Below, one piece after another: positions 1 through 9,323 of a stretch of 64,000 nucleotides of DNA. Position numbers and translations under genes: made by a program. Location: assembly GCA_964291405.2 (NCBI GenBank), contig OZ219926.1:3552001-3616000 (forward strand), given 5' to 3'. Source of the DNA: Thermodesulfobacteriota bacterium. GTDB taxonomy: Bacteria; Desulfobacterota; Binatia; Bin18. The notes beneath the pieces were generated by a model, which was not told where the DNA came from, did not search any database, and saw nothing but the letters and a program-made list of their open reading frames with translations. Position 1 is the first letter of the stretch; each line of letters opens with the position of its first letter.

Positions 1-1160
1 GCTTCGGCTTTTCCGCCAGCTTTAGCATGGCGAATCGCGACTATGACGGCGGCTATCTCCCGACCCATGTGGCACCGCGTGAAGAGTTTCTCGAAATGGC
101 GTCCGTCATGCGCGAGTTCAACCGCGGCTCTATCGAGTGGACGATGGGCCATGCCTTACAAGGACTGGGCATGGACTTCTTATTGGAGTTGGCCAAGACG
201 AGCGGTAGACCGGTGAACTGGAACGCGATTATCCACGATCCGTCCTCACCCAATACCTGGCGCGAGCAATTGGCCTGGACCGAGCGGGCAAACAGGGAAG
301 CGCCGGTCCTGCCGGTCAACATCTGCATGCCGATTGAGTTTGAGTTTACGCTGGAGACCATGGGCTTGTTTGACCAACTGCCGGCCTGGAACGAGGCCAC
401 GGTCGGCACCCTGGAAGAGCGACGCATGAAGTTGGCCGACCCAGGTCGGCGGGCGGCCCTCAAAGCCGATATGGAAAAGGCCCCGACCGTTATGCCGGGC
501 GAGAATCCCGACGGGGAGCAGGGCCAGCTCCGGATGTTCCGCTGGGATGAGACCTTTATCGATGATGTCCACCTGGAAAAGAACGCCCATCTCAAGGGCC
601 GCACCGTTGCAGAACTGGCCCAAGAGCAGGGCAAACACCCGATCGACGCATTGCTCGACCTGTCGGTGGAAGAAGAACTCAAGACCGAGTTTGCCATGCA
701 GGGCTTCATCAATAACGATGAAGAAGCCCTGAGCACCATTCTCAAACACCCGCTCTGCCTGGTCGGAGCCTCGGATGGTGGCGCGCATACCAAATTCCTG
801 ACCCTGGGCCGCTACCCGACCCACTTCCTGACCCACTGGGTGCGCGACAAGCAGATCATGACCCTGGAAGAGGCGCACTGGCGGCTGTCGACCATGGTTG
901 GCTGGGCGATTGGCATCCGGGACCGAGGTTGGCTGCGCGAGGGTATGCCTGCGGACATCGTGGTGTACGACCTGGAAAAGCTGGCCGTGCGACCGATGGA
1001 GACGATCACCGACCTGCCCGACGGCGACTGGCGGCGAGTTCAAAAGGCCGACGGCTATCGGTATTCGATTATCAATGGGCAGATTACGTTTGAAGACGGC
1101 AAGTGCAGCGGGGCCCTGCCGGGTAAGATGCTGCGCAGTTATGATATGGCCGCCGGCTAA
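1..1160 (+). CDS. N-acyl-D-amino-acid deacylase-like amidohydrolase (Amidohydro_3), 5'-partial
   Basis: The frame is open to the window edge upstream of ATG 27. C-terminal motifs GASDGGAH and RG.LREGMPADIVVYD and the ending GALPGKMLR are typical of D-aminoacylase-like enzymes. Confidence 0.85.
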   Translation, partial: FGFSASFSMANRDYDGGYLPTHVAPREEFLEMASVMREFNRGSIEWTMGHALQGLGMDFLLELAKTSGRPVNWNAIIHDPSSPNTWREQLAWTERANREAPVLPVNICMPIEFEFTLETMGLFDQLPAWNEATVGTLEERRMKLADPGRRAALKADMEKAPTVMPGENPDGEQGQLRMFRWDETFIDDVHLEKNAHLKGRTVAELAQEQGKHPIDALLDLSVEEELKTEFAMQGFINNDEEALSTILKHPLCLVGASDGGAHTKFLTLGRYPTHFLTHWVRDKQIMTLEEAHWRLSTMVGWAIGIRDRGWLREGMPADIVVYDLEKLAVRPMETITDLPDGDWRRVQKADGYRYSIINGQITFEDGKCSGALPGKMLRSYDMAAG

Positions 1161-1202
1161 CGCAAAAGGAGTCAGCCACTCACCCTTGGTTTTTACCGAG
1201 GA

Positions 1203-1232
1203 CAAAACGCCGGGTTTCGACCCGGCGTTTTG
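1203..1232. terminator. Intrinsic terminator hairpin, possibly bidirectional
   Basis: Perfect 13-bp stem CAAAACGCCGGGT-TTCG-ACCCGGCGTTTTG with a UUCG tetraloop and A/T-run ends, just after the amidohydrolase stop. Confidence 0.85.
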
Positions 1233-1282
1233 GTATGTAGCGAGCACTCCGCTGCTTTGTCTCTCAAGGAGGATTGTGGAGC

Positions 1283-1789
1283 ATGACGGATTCGGAACAA
1301 CGAGTTATTGACGCACTTGAAGCCCTGGGACTACCCTTTGAGCGGATAACCATAGATCCGGCTCATGCCGATACGGCCGTGTTCTGCGCTCACTACGGCT
1401 ATCCGCCGGAAACGTCCGGCAACACGATTGTTGTGGCGTCCAAGAAAGAGCCTAAAAAGTTTGTTGCCTGTGTGGTCCTGGCCACAACTCAGCTTGATGT
1501 GAACAAACGGGTGCGCAAGCTTATGGGGGTGTCTAAGGCGTCGTTTGCCTCGGCCGAGGAGATGCACACGCTGACGGGAATGGAAGTCGGTGGCGTGACG
1601 CCGTTTTCACTGCCTACGGCTATGCCCCTATACGTTGATACACGGGTGATGGAGCTGGAAACCGTTATCCTGGGTGGCGGGGGACGCAGTCTCAAGATTG
1701 GGATTTCACCAGAAGTCTTTCACAAGCTGGGGGCTGAGGTTGTCGCAGATTTAGCTATACGGCGACCTGTGATAGAGACGGAAGCATAG
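1283..1789 (+). CDS. YbaK/EbsC aminoacyl-tRNA deacylase family protein
   Basis: TGMEVGGVTPF and ILGGG motifs. AGGAGG lies 10 nt before ATG 1283. Confidence 0.85.
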   Translation: MTDSEQRVIDALEALGLPFERITIDPAHADTAVFCAHYGYPPETSGNTIVVASKKEPKKFVACVVLATTQLDVNKRVRKLMGVSKASFASAEEMHTLTGMEVGGVTPFSLPTAMPLYVDTRVMELETVILGGGGRSLKIGISPEVFHKLGAEVVADLAIRRPVIETEA

Positions 1790-1826
1790 GGCTCCATCCG
1801 TATCGGGGAACAAAAGGAGGAAGGGC

Positions 1827-2165
1827 ATGAGCATTTTTCACATGTATACAGGGGACGACGGCCAATCGCATATTGAGGAGCCGGCGTTGAGTGCGCAACC
1901 GAGCCAGGAAACGCCACAATCGACCCAGGAGATTTTCTTCCGAGAACTCCCGGCCGGAACCGCCATGGATTGGCATAACGCCCCCCGACGACAGTATGTC
2001 ATTGTATTACGGGGCCAGATGGAAATCGGCTTTAAGGACGGGTCGGTCCAGCGCTGTGGACCGGGGGATGCCGTGCTTGCCGCCGACCTGACCGGTGGGG
2101 GGCATACGACCCGTGTGGTCGGAGACGGTCCGGCGATGGTTGGTGTCGTACCCCTGGCCGACTGA
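1827..2165 (+). CDS. Cupin-domain protein
   Basis: WHNAPRRQYVIVL...GPGD...DLTGGGH cupin motif; RBS AAGGAGG. Confidence 0.85.
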   Translation: MSIFHMYTGDDGQSHIEEPALSAQPSQETPQSTQEIFFRELPAGTAMDWHNAPRRQYVIVLRGQMEIGFKDGSVQRCGPGDAVLAADLTGGGHTTRVVGDGPAMVGVVPLAD

Positions 2166-2225
2166 GCAGAGAGCTGACTCACTTGTCTCTTTGGGGAAAT
2201 AACTCACCCTTACTTTTGGAAAGCA

Positions 2226-3089
2226 ATGGAATCCCACAGCACTCTCCGCATCTTTGACGGTGCGGTAGCTATCATGACCGGCGGGGCCTCGGGTATCGGG
2301 CGCGCGCTGAGTGAAGCGCTGGGCCGACGCGGGGCAAGTGTGGTCTTAGCTGATCGTCAGATCGAGCTGGCCCAAGAGGTCGCGGCTGGCATCCAAGAAA
2401 AGGGCGGCAAGGCGTCCGCGGTTGAACTGGACGTCACGGACTTCCCTGCGGTAGATCAGTTCGTCCGGGCAACGACCCAGGCGCAAGGCCGGCTGGACTA
2501 TATGTTCAACAACGCCGGCATTGCGATTGGGGGAGAGGTCCGGGTGTGTCAGATTGAGGACTGGGACAATGTCTTGAACGTCAATTTACACGGCGTGGTT
2601 AACGGGGTGCAGGCGGCGTACCCGGTTATGCTCAGCCAGGGCTACGGCCATATCGTCAATACCGCTTCCATGGCCGGTCTGCTGCCCATGCCAACGGCCG
2701 TCAGCTATGCAGCAACCAAACATGCGGTTGTCGGCCTGTCAAAATCACTCCGGGTTGAAGCCGCGTCCTACGGGATCCGTGTCAGCGTGCTCTGTCCTGG
2801 GTTTATTCGGACACCTATCCTGTACGGCGGGAAGTACGGCAAGAACTTGCAGTCCGTGCCGCCAGAAGTCCAGGAAAAATTCATACGGAAATACCGGCCC
2901 ATGGACCCGGCTGTGTTTGCTGAAAAAGTGCTAGACACGCTGGCCCGGAACAAACCCCTGATCATTGTTCCGGGCTGGTGGAGGCTCTTTTGGTGGCTAA
3001 GTCGCCTCTCACCAGCGCTGGAGTTTTCTCTCGCCCAACGCAGCTATCGGTCGGCGCGCAAGGTTATGCAGTCTGAGACAGACGCGTAG
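2226..3089 (+). CDS. Short-chain dehydrogenase/reductase
   Basis: TGGASGIG, NNAG and catalytic YAATK (YxxxK). Confidence 0.92.
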   Translation: MESHSTLRIFDGAVAIMTGGASGIGRALSEALGRRGASVVLADRQIELAQEVAAGIQEKGGKASAVELDVTDFPAVDQFVRATTQAQGRLDYMFNNAGIAIGGEVRVCQIEDWDNVLNVNLHGVVNGVQAAYPVMLSQGYGHIVNTASMAGLLPMPTAVSYAATKHAVVGLSKSLRVEAASYGIRVSVLCPGFIRTPILYGGKYGKNLQSVPPEVQEKFIRKYRPMDPAVFAEKVLDTLARNKPLIIVPGWWRLFWWLSRLSPALEFSLAQRSYRSARKVMQSETDA

Positions 3090-3108
3090 CGTGGGCGATA
3101 GGCCCAGG

Positions 3109-3687
3109 TCAGGCGACCTGCTCAGCCCCGTTGGTATGTGTCTCCGACAGCGGACACACGCCGCCTTTTTCTAAGCCGAGCGCCCGGATAAAACGCCCAT
3201 AGCCGACAAAAGCCGTAATCCGAAACCCGAGGTCTATGATCTCCGGCTCGGTGAAGTACTGGCGCAGTTCGTCAAACAGTTCTGGTGAGGCTTGGGTATG
3301 ATCTCCGGCTAACACGTCGGCATAGCGGACGGCAGCCCTTTCACGCGGGGTGAGAATCTCGCTGTCGGCATAGATTGACAGTTCGCCGATTTGTTCTTCC
3401 GTCAGACCTTGTTGCTTTGCCAAAGCAACGCGACCGTTAATTCAAAGGGCACAGTCGTTGCGTTCCGCGACCTTCAGCCGCACCATCTCGGTCAGCTTCA
3501 TATCGATGCTGCCACGGGTCTCAAAGATGAGCGGGAAGTAATAGTTGACGAAAGACTTGAATACCTCAGGGGCATGGGCGAAGGCCTGCAAGAACGCCGA
3601 GCCGCCATACTCCTTGTCATAGGTCTGCATGATCTGCTGAACCTCAGGATCGATCTGCTCAAATGGAACCGGACTGACATGCGCCAT
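3109..3687 (-). CDS. AhpD/carboxymuconolactone-decarboxylase family selenoprotein (CxxU), 192 aa by UGA read-through
   Basis: ORFs 3442..3687 and 3109..3423 are in the same frame, separated only by TGA (3444-3442) and six sense codons. Read-through gives ...KVAERNDC-A-L-U-INGRVALAKQQGLTEEQI...ERAAVRYADVL, one continuous CMD fold. AAGGAGG precedes ATG 3687; no RBS precedes TTG 3423. Confidence 0.85.
3411..3429 (-). promoter_or_regulatory. Candidate bacterial SECIS element
   Basis: Minus strand GTTGCTTT-GGC-AAAGCAAC: a perfect 8-bp stem starting 13 nt after the in-frame UGA, with an apical loop beginning with G at +21. Confidence 0.7.
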
Positions 3688-3844
3688 AACACTCCCTCCT
3701 TACTCAGCTTGTGTGTACTCCTTCTAGGGGTGAGGAGGCAAGGGGAGATCGTGCTCTATCCCTCTCCTTTCAGAAGGTAGCTTACCTGCTATCCTTATCC
3801 CTCTGTGCGTACACTACAGACGGCTGTTATGTGAAGGAGGAAAA

Positions 3845-4459
3845 ATGATTACGCTCTACCATGTCCCCGGCGCCCGTTCGACGCGTTCTCTCTGGCTGTT
3901 GCATGAACTGGGCGTTGAGTTTGAACTCGTGGAGATGGCCTTTGATCTCAAGGTGCTGCGCGCGCCCGAGTATCTCGCTATCCATCCGCTCGGCCGAGTT
4001 CCCTGCCTGGTTGACGATGGGCAGACGATTTTCGAGTCGGGTGCGATCGCGCAGTATTTATGCGAAAAATACGACGATGGCAGGCTTGGCCGCGGTCCCA
4101 GTCATCCGGAGCGGTATGAATGGTTGCAGTGGATACACTACGCCGAAACCGTCGCCGTTCATGGTGCCAGCCTGGTCCAGCAGTCGGTCTTTATTCCCGA
4201 AGAACAACGTTCGCCCATTATTCAGAAATTGGAATCGCGTCGATTGGAAAAGGCGGTTGAGGTGTTGGACAACCACCTCAAAGATCGGGACTACTTGCTC
4301 GCCAGTGGATTTTCCGCCGCCGATGTGAACGTCGGCTATAGTATCTACCTGGGAGATCAGTTCCTCAGCTTTGACGCCTTCCCCACGGCGATGCAGTATT
4401 ACGACCGGCTGAGAGAACGCCCAGCCTTTCAGGCCTCGGTTCCAAAAAAGGAAGGATAA
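3845..4459 (+). CDS. Glutathione S-transferase family protein
   Basis: RS.R..WLLHELG, HPLGRVPCL and FESGAI motifs; RBS AAGGAGG. Confidence 0.92.
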   Translation: MITLYHVPGARSTRSLWLLHELGVEFELVEMAFDLKVLRAPEYLAIHPLGRVPCLVDDGQTIFESGAIAQYLCEKYDDGRLGRGPSHPERYEWLQWIHYAETVAVHGASLVQQSVFIPEEQRSPIIQKLESRRLEKAVEVLDNHLKDRDYLLASGFSAADVNVGYSIYLGDQFLSFDAFPTAMQYYDRLRERPAFQASVPKKEG

Positions 4460-4460
4460 A

Positions 4461-4491
4461 GCAGGGGCGGGCCAGAGCGACCCGACCCTGC
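4461..4491. terminator. GC-rich hairpin between convergent genes
   Basis: Imperfect stem GCAGGG-G-CGGG / CCCG-A-CCCTGC between the GST and DUF1330 stops; no U-tract. Confidence 0.4.
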
Positions 4492-4502
4492 GTGTTGGTT
4501 TA

Positions 4503-4787
4503 CTACGCGCCCGGAATAATAGACATGACGAAATTGGCAGTGTTCGCACGCGTCTCGCGGGCGGCGGTATACTCCGGAGAATTGAAGAAGTCCTTCGCGA
4601 CTTCGACCGACTCAAACTCGATAATGAGGGCGAGTGGGGCAGCCCATTGGCCCTCGACTGTGTCCGGTGCTCCCCGACCGAGAATCTTACCCTTGTATTT
4701 CTGCACGGCAGGGAGAGCAAGTTTTTGGTATTCGGGAAACTTCTCGGGATTCGTAATCTCTGCCTGAACGATCATGTATGCTGACAT
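4503..4787 (-). CDS. DUF1330 family protein
   Basis: 94 aa with MSAYMIV, VEG.W, IIEFES and FFNSPEY..AR pattern; RBS AGGAG. Confidence 0.85.
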   Translation of the reverse strand: MSAYMIVQAEITNPEKFPEYQKLALPAVQKYKGKILGRGAPDTVEGQWAAPLALIIEFESVEVAKDFFNSPEYTAARETRANTANFVMSIIPGA

Positions 4788-4834
4788 GTGATATCTCCTG
4801 TATTCCGAATTGCTTCACCCTGTATGTCTCAATT

Positions 4835-5929
4835 CTACAGCGGTGGCAATAGCCGGGCGTCTTGGAAGCGTTTGAAGCACGCCCGGAAATTGTCTTCCGT
4901 ATCCAGGCATTCGTGAAAGCCGGCTTGCCGCAGTTTGATTGTACTCACCAGCATGGGCGGTGGAGACTGGTCTCTGCTGCCATAGCCGAATGTAAAATCA
5001 GCCAGAATAAAGGACTGTCCCACAAATTCTTTCAAGCTGGTGGGGGCGCGTAGATCGTACTGCTTGACAATAGCCGCCCACTCGGCTTCATGCTTGGGCA
5101 TCTCTTCCGCAAGAGAGCATGGCTCTGGTGGGCCCACCTCCATGCCTAGCGCATCAGCGATAGCTGGCCACACATTTTGCCACACAAAGACATCACCGTT
5201 CGTAATATTAAAAATTTCGTTCTGCGCGTTTTCTGATGTCCCTGCCCACTCGCACGCTCGGGCAATCATTCCTGCATCAATTGCTTCGAGAACAAAAGAT
5301 GGGCCACCGGGGAAGGACAAGGGTAGCCCGGCCTCCTTGCGCAACGCAGCATACACGCCCAGAGCAGGAATGACGTTCATATTGCTACCCAGCGATTGTC
5401 CCAGGATGAGTTGAGGTCGCCAGACTGTCCAGTGCCAGTTTTTGCCGGGCTGTCGCTCGCGCAAATAATCTTCTTGTAGAAAATAGAAGTTCTCGTGTTG
5501 GTGGCGCGGCCAGCGTTCGCGGGCCGGGACGGGAAAGGGTTCAATATGCACTCCATACGCCTTTGTGCCTTGGAGTAAAGAGACGTGCTGAAGGTTTTGC
5601 GCGACGGCTTCGAGTGGAGAGAAGAGATTATCCAGCATGGCCAGATTGGTTTCCATCTGGTCTTTCTGAAACCAGCCTTCGACCAGCCCTGGCTTTTCGT
5701 ACAGCGCCGTATAGATCAGATGGGTCACGTCCGACATGCGGCCAAAGACTTCCGCACAGCGGGCCGTATCCGTCAGATCGACCGAAATGACCTCAGCGCC
5801 TTCGAGTCCGTCAGGGATACGGCGCGAAACCCCAACCACATCCCAATCGTCCTGCTGCGCGAAGTGCTCGACCGCGGCGTAACCAACCAAACCGGATGCA
5901 CCCGCCACCAACATCTTTTTCTTGGACAT
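4835..5929 (-). CDS. PRISE-type (progesterone 5-beta-reductase/iridoid synthase-like) SDR
   Basis: GASGLVG, GVSRR, QGTKAYG, NFYFLQED and WTVWRP match the PRISE motif series. Confidence 0.8.
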   Translation of the reverse strand: MSKKKMLVAGASGLVGYAAVEHFAQQDDWDVVGVSRRIPDGLEGAEVISVDLTDTARCAEVFGRMSDVTHLIYTALYEKPGLVEGWFQKDQMETNLAMLDNLFSPLEAVAQNLQHVSLLQGTKAYGVHIEPFPVPARERWPRHQHENFYFLQEDYLRERQPGKNWHWTVWRPQLILGQSLGSNMNVIPALGVYAALRKEAGLPLSFPGGPSFVLEAIDAGMIARACEWAGTSENAQNEIFNITNGDVFVWQNVWPAIADALGMEVGPPEPCSLAEEMPKHEAEWAAIVKQYDLRAPTSLKEFVGQSFILADFTFGYGSRDQSPPPMLVSTIKLRQAGFHECLDTEDNFRACFKRFQDARLLPPL

Positions 5930-5972
5930 AAGAAATTCTCCTTCAGAACAGACAAAGCCCGGCGGCGAAAAC

Positions 5973-6983
5973 TCAGCGAAAACACTCTGCTAGCCCGATC
6001 GCGGCCAGCCAGTCTTGGACGGTCCGGCGTTCTTCTGCGTCGATTTGATTCGCAATGCGGTTGACGAGCATGCGCCGGGATAACTCGGGATAGGGGCGAG
6101 AGAGGTAGCTGACCTCTTCTGCATAGGTTGTCACAACAAAGGCTTTCGTGCCGCTGGCTTGGGCCTGGGAGTTCGCCAGGATGTAGGGCTTATAGGTTGT
6201 TGGCATTTCCGAGAGTATCATCTGCGCAAAGGGAGTCGACTGCGGGAACGACGCCAACTCTCCAGTCCCGTCCCAGCGGTCTGCATCTCGCTCGCACCAC
6301 GCGACAATACGGGGATACCGAGCGACGATCTTTTTTGGGTCAGGGTCCATATAGGTGTGCGCTCGCAGGCCGCCCAGGACGATAGTATCAACCGCGCACG
6401 GGCGGGTGCCTAACAGATAGGGCGTCTGCTGAAGTTGTCGGTCTATGGCATCAAGAATACGGATATATTCGGCCTCTGCGGCGCGTTGTTGTTGCTCGGA
6501 AGCGGTACCGGTGGCACGACAGGCCCGATTTCCCCATTCGGCAATCGGCGCGTTTGTGAGGGCCGCGGCAATGGTTGTCTCGTCCGCGTCCGGCATGGTT
6601 GCTCGGGTAATCCGCTCGGCGGCAAAGCGGCTGCTTTCTTCATAATGCCACCGATAATGGACCATCACCCGTGCCACCCACTCGTCCAAGAACTCTTCAA
6701 TGACATGCACGAGGACGCCAAGCGGGCCGTGAGGAAACAGCGCTCGGGCGGGATACCGATTGTCCAGCAGCATCATGAGGGGGGTCGTATCGCCGATCAT
6801 CCAGTTCTCGGGTGTGTGTAAGACCGGGACTTGATGGGTCCCTGAACGGTGCTCAATCTCTTGCCGGTTCGCCTGGGTTTTTGGCTTGCGAACAAATGGC
6901 GCGCCATAAAAAATCAGGGCCGCTTCGAGCTTGCGGGTGAACAGGCTGAGTTCCAGGCCGTAGACGGTATATTGATAGTCCAC
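5973..6983 (-). CDS. Long GST-family protein (GST N-terminal domain)
   Basis: LSLFTRKL, QVPVL, DTTP, DEW...VMVHYRW and PYLLGTRPCAVD; GTG start with AGGAAAGGA upstream. Confidence 0.8.
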   Translation of the reverse strand: MDYQYTVYGLELSLFTRKLEAALIFYGAPFVRKPKTQANRQEIEHRSGTHQVPVLHTPENWMIGDTTPLMMLLDNRYPARALFPHGPLGVLVHVIEEFLDEWVARVMVHYRWHYEESSRFAAERITRATMPDADETTIAAALTNAPIAEWGNRACRATGTASEQQQRAAEAEYIRILDAIDRQLQQTPYLLGTRPCAVDTIVLGGLRAHTYMDPDPKKIVARYPRIVAWCERDADRWDGTGELASFPQSTPFAQMILSEMPTTYKPYILANSQAQASGTKAFVVTTYAEEVSYLSRPYPELSRRMLVNRIANQIDAEERRTVQDWLAAIGLAECFR

Positions 6984-7118
6984 GCGTTTCCTTTCCTCTA
7001 GAGCGGTGTGAAAAGAGGTCTATCATGCGGTTAGACGGAAATGAATGAGCAATTCGGTACAGGGCCGTACCGCGAGCGGAGTTTTTTCTTCTCGGCTTTT
7101 CTGCCATGTTAGCAGTCG

Positions 7119-7949
7119 ATGAAAGATCACAAGGCTGCCCATTCTTTGACGATGAAAAACGGAGTACCAGGGAAACGGCTATCCAGGGGGCAATGGTCGG
7201 GACTGCTTGTCCTCAGCCTGCTACTCTGCCCGCCCGTTCTCGCTTCCGCCGAAGAAACGCCGCGTGAACAAATCGGTACCGTGTTGGGACAGCCGGTGTA
7301 TAGAGACCAACTCTCGGCCAAAGGGGGCGTGGCGCTCTCGAACGAATTGCACAATCTGTTCAGTCACCCGGTGATGCAGCAGTATCGTGCAGCCCACAGC
7401 AAGGAGCTTCAACCCACGGAGCACGAGGTCTCGAATGCGACCGCGCATTTTGATGGCTGGCATAACGAACGCCTCAAGGCTCAGGACCACCCGCTCAAAG
7501 ACCGCCGGGCGGAGATTGAACAAGTGCTTGCCAAGCCAGGACTGGCGGCGGAGGAGAAACAACAGCTTGAGGACGAACGGCAAGCGATTGATAGTCAGCT
7601 CAGACCACCCGGACGACGTTTTGCCGGCTGGATGGTCGTCAACTGGAAACTCCAGCGTCATTTATACAAGGAATACGGTGGTGGGCGGGTCTTATGGCAA
7701 CAAGCCGGGCTTGAAGCCTTTGACGCCATGCACGTCTGGCTGAAGCAGCGCGAGAAAGCGGGAGACTTTGCCATCTCCGACCCGCTCCTGCATGAGCAAT
7801 TCTATGCGTACTGGACGACGGTGGACCACGGCCCGTCGCTGAGCGACGATCCTCTTTTTATTGAGGAGGAATTTCTCAATCCGTATTGGTTGCGACCGTT
7901 TATCGGTGATTCGCTGCAGAAGAATCTGGAGGCGGACCAGCGCCGATGA
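7119..7949 (+). CDS. Hypothetical secreted protein
   Basis: 276-aa ORF filling the gap, with a signal-peptide-like segment (GLLVLSLLLCPPVLASA-EE). Start is uncertain (7119 or 7152). Confidence 0.7.
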   Translation: MKDHKAAHSLTMKNGVPGKRLSRGQWSGLLVLSLLLCPPVLASAEETPREQIGTVLGQPVYRDQLSAKGGVALSNELHNLFSHPVMQQYRAAHSKELQPTEHEVSNATAHFDGWHNERLKAQDHPLKDRRAEIEQVLAKPGLAAEEKQQLEDERQAIDSQLRPPGRRFAGWMVVNWKLQRHLYKEYGGGRVLWQQAGLEAFDAMHVWLKQREKAGDFAISDPLLHEQFYAYWTTVDHGPSLSDDPLFIEEEFLNPYWLRPFIGDSLQKNLEADQRR

Positions 7950-7965
7950 TGTCGCTCCGCCCGCG

Positions 7966-9252
7966 CTATACCAGCACCTCGTTCTGAACGATCTGATCCA
8001 GTGTCTGCCGCTTGCGGATGAGCACGGGTTCTTGCTCCGGCCCGCGGTAGAGCACCTCCGGCGCTTCCGGAAACGAGTTGTAGTTTTTGGAGCTCATGCC
8101 GGAGCAATACGCGCCCGAGCCTTCAATCACCAGGTAATCGCCAATTCCGGCATCACGGAGCGCGCGGGGTTCCAGCGCTTCCGGGTCGCCGGCCGAAGGC
8201 GTGAGGATATCCCCGGATTCACAGCAGTGGCCGGCAACAATAGCGTCGATGGTCGGCTGTTGCTCTTGCTCGGCTGCCTCCGTTGCCAGGACAACAACGA
8301 GCGGATGCTGCGCGCCATACATGCTGGGACGGAGCACCTCCGTCATGCCGCTGTCGATCTTGAGAAAGTCATAGCCGTCTTTCCCGGTGCGGGTCCGGTC
8401 CTGGATCGTGGTAATCACGCAGCCAGCATTGGCGACCAGATACGTCCCCGGCTCGACTTCCAGGCGGATTCTTCTGCCTGTGGCTTCCCCAAAGGCCACA
8501 AAAGTCTGGACCACGGGCTGGCCGACCTCTTGCAGGTCGGTTGAGGTTTCGTGGCTCATCCGTCCCACCTTATACCCCCCGCCAAGGTTGAGCGTGTGCG
8601 CCTCCGGAAAATGTTCCAACAGGCCAATACTCATACCCGCCACATGCTGCCACACCTCGGGGTCTGAGCCTGAGCCAATATGGGTATGAATTCGGATAAC
8701 CCTGAGCCCATGCTGTTGCACAATGTCCTGGACCGTTGCTCTATCCTCGTGCCAGATCCCAAAGCTTGCCGCCGGGCCACCCACATTGGTTCGGTTCGTC
8801 CCGCCGGAGCCGAGGCCGGGATTGAAGCGGATGCCGAGTTCCTGGCCTGGAAAATGCTCGCCAAAATAGCGCAACTGATCGAGCGAACAGGCGTTGAATG
8901 CGACACCGGCGGTGTGTAAATCCTGGAAATTCTGTGGAAGCTCCTGGGCGGTCAAGGCGATCTTCTGGGTGGCGATGCCGGCTTTCATGGCCCGTTCGAC
9001 CTCAAAGCCGGAGCTGGCGTCAAAATGCAGTCCCAGACGGTCAAACAAACGAAGAATATTGCCGTTGGGCAGGGCCTTCATGGCGTAGCGCGCTGTCAGA
9101 CCGAAGGCGTTTGGAAAGTGCAAAACCTCTTGGGCGGCCTGGGTGAGTCGCGCCTCGTCGTAGACATACACTGGTGTCCCGAATTGCTGCGCGATTTTCC
9201 GCACTGCACTGTGAGAAAGAAAACTGGTGGTCTCAATGGCTTGCGTTGACAT
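7966..9252 (-). CDS. lysA: Diaminopimelate decarboxylase
   Basis: [12 protein letters not shown] lysine YAMKA, HTHIGS, NLGGG, EPG, RPSMY, CESGD and GAY...MSSKNYNS. Confidence 0.93.
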   Translation of the reverse strand: MSTQAIETTSFLSHSAVRKIAQQFGTPVYVYDEARLTQAAQEVLHFPNAFGLTARYAMKALPNGNILRLFDRLGLHFDASSGFEVERAMKAGIATQKIALTAQELPQNFQDLHTAGVAFNACSLDQLRYFGEHFPGQELGIRFNPGLGSGGTNRTNVGGPAASFGIWHEDRATVQDIVQQHGLRVIRIHTHIGSGSDPEVWQHVAGMSIGLLEHFPEAHTLNLGGGYKVGRMSHETSTDLQEVGQPVVQTFVAFGEATGRRIRLEVEPGTYLVANAGCVITTIQDRTRTGKDGYDFLKIDSGMTEVLRPSMYGAQHPLVVVLATEAAEQEQQPTIDAIVAGHCCESGDILTPSAGDPEALEPRALRDAGIGDYLVIEGSGAYCSGMSSKNYNSFPEAPEVLYRGPEQEPVLIRKRQTLDQIVQNEVLV

Positions 9253-9323
9253 TGTGCTCCTCTGTATATCGGAACGCGGACAATTGTCGAGGACGGGCAG
9301 CCGGCTGGACGAGGAACGTGGCC

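Noticed and set aside
1161-2225. Shared ACTCACCCTT 10-mer and GAGTCAGC/GCTGACTC inverted match flanking the ybaK-cupin genes
   Set aside because: Too short, and no transposase or consistent target-site duplication. Probably chance.
3109-3423. Separate 104-aa gene starting at TTG 3423
   Set aside because: It has no RBS and is the in-frame second half of the UGA-containing CMD protein.
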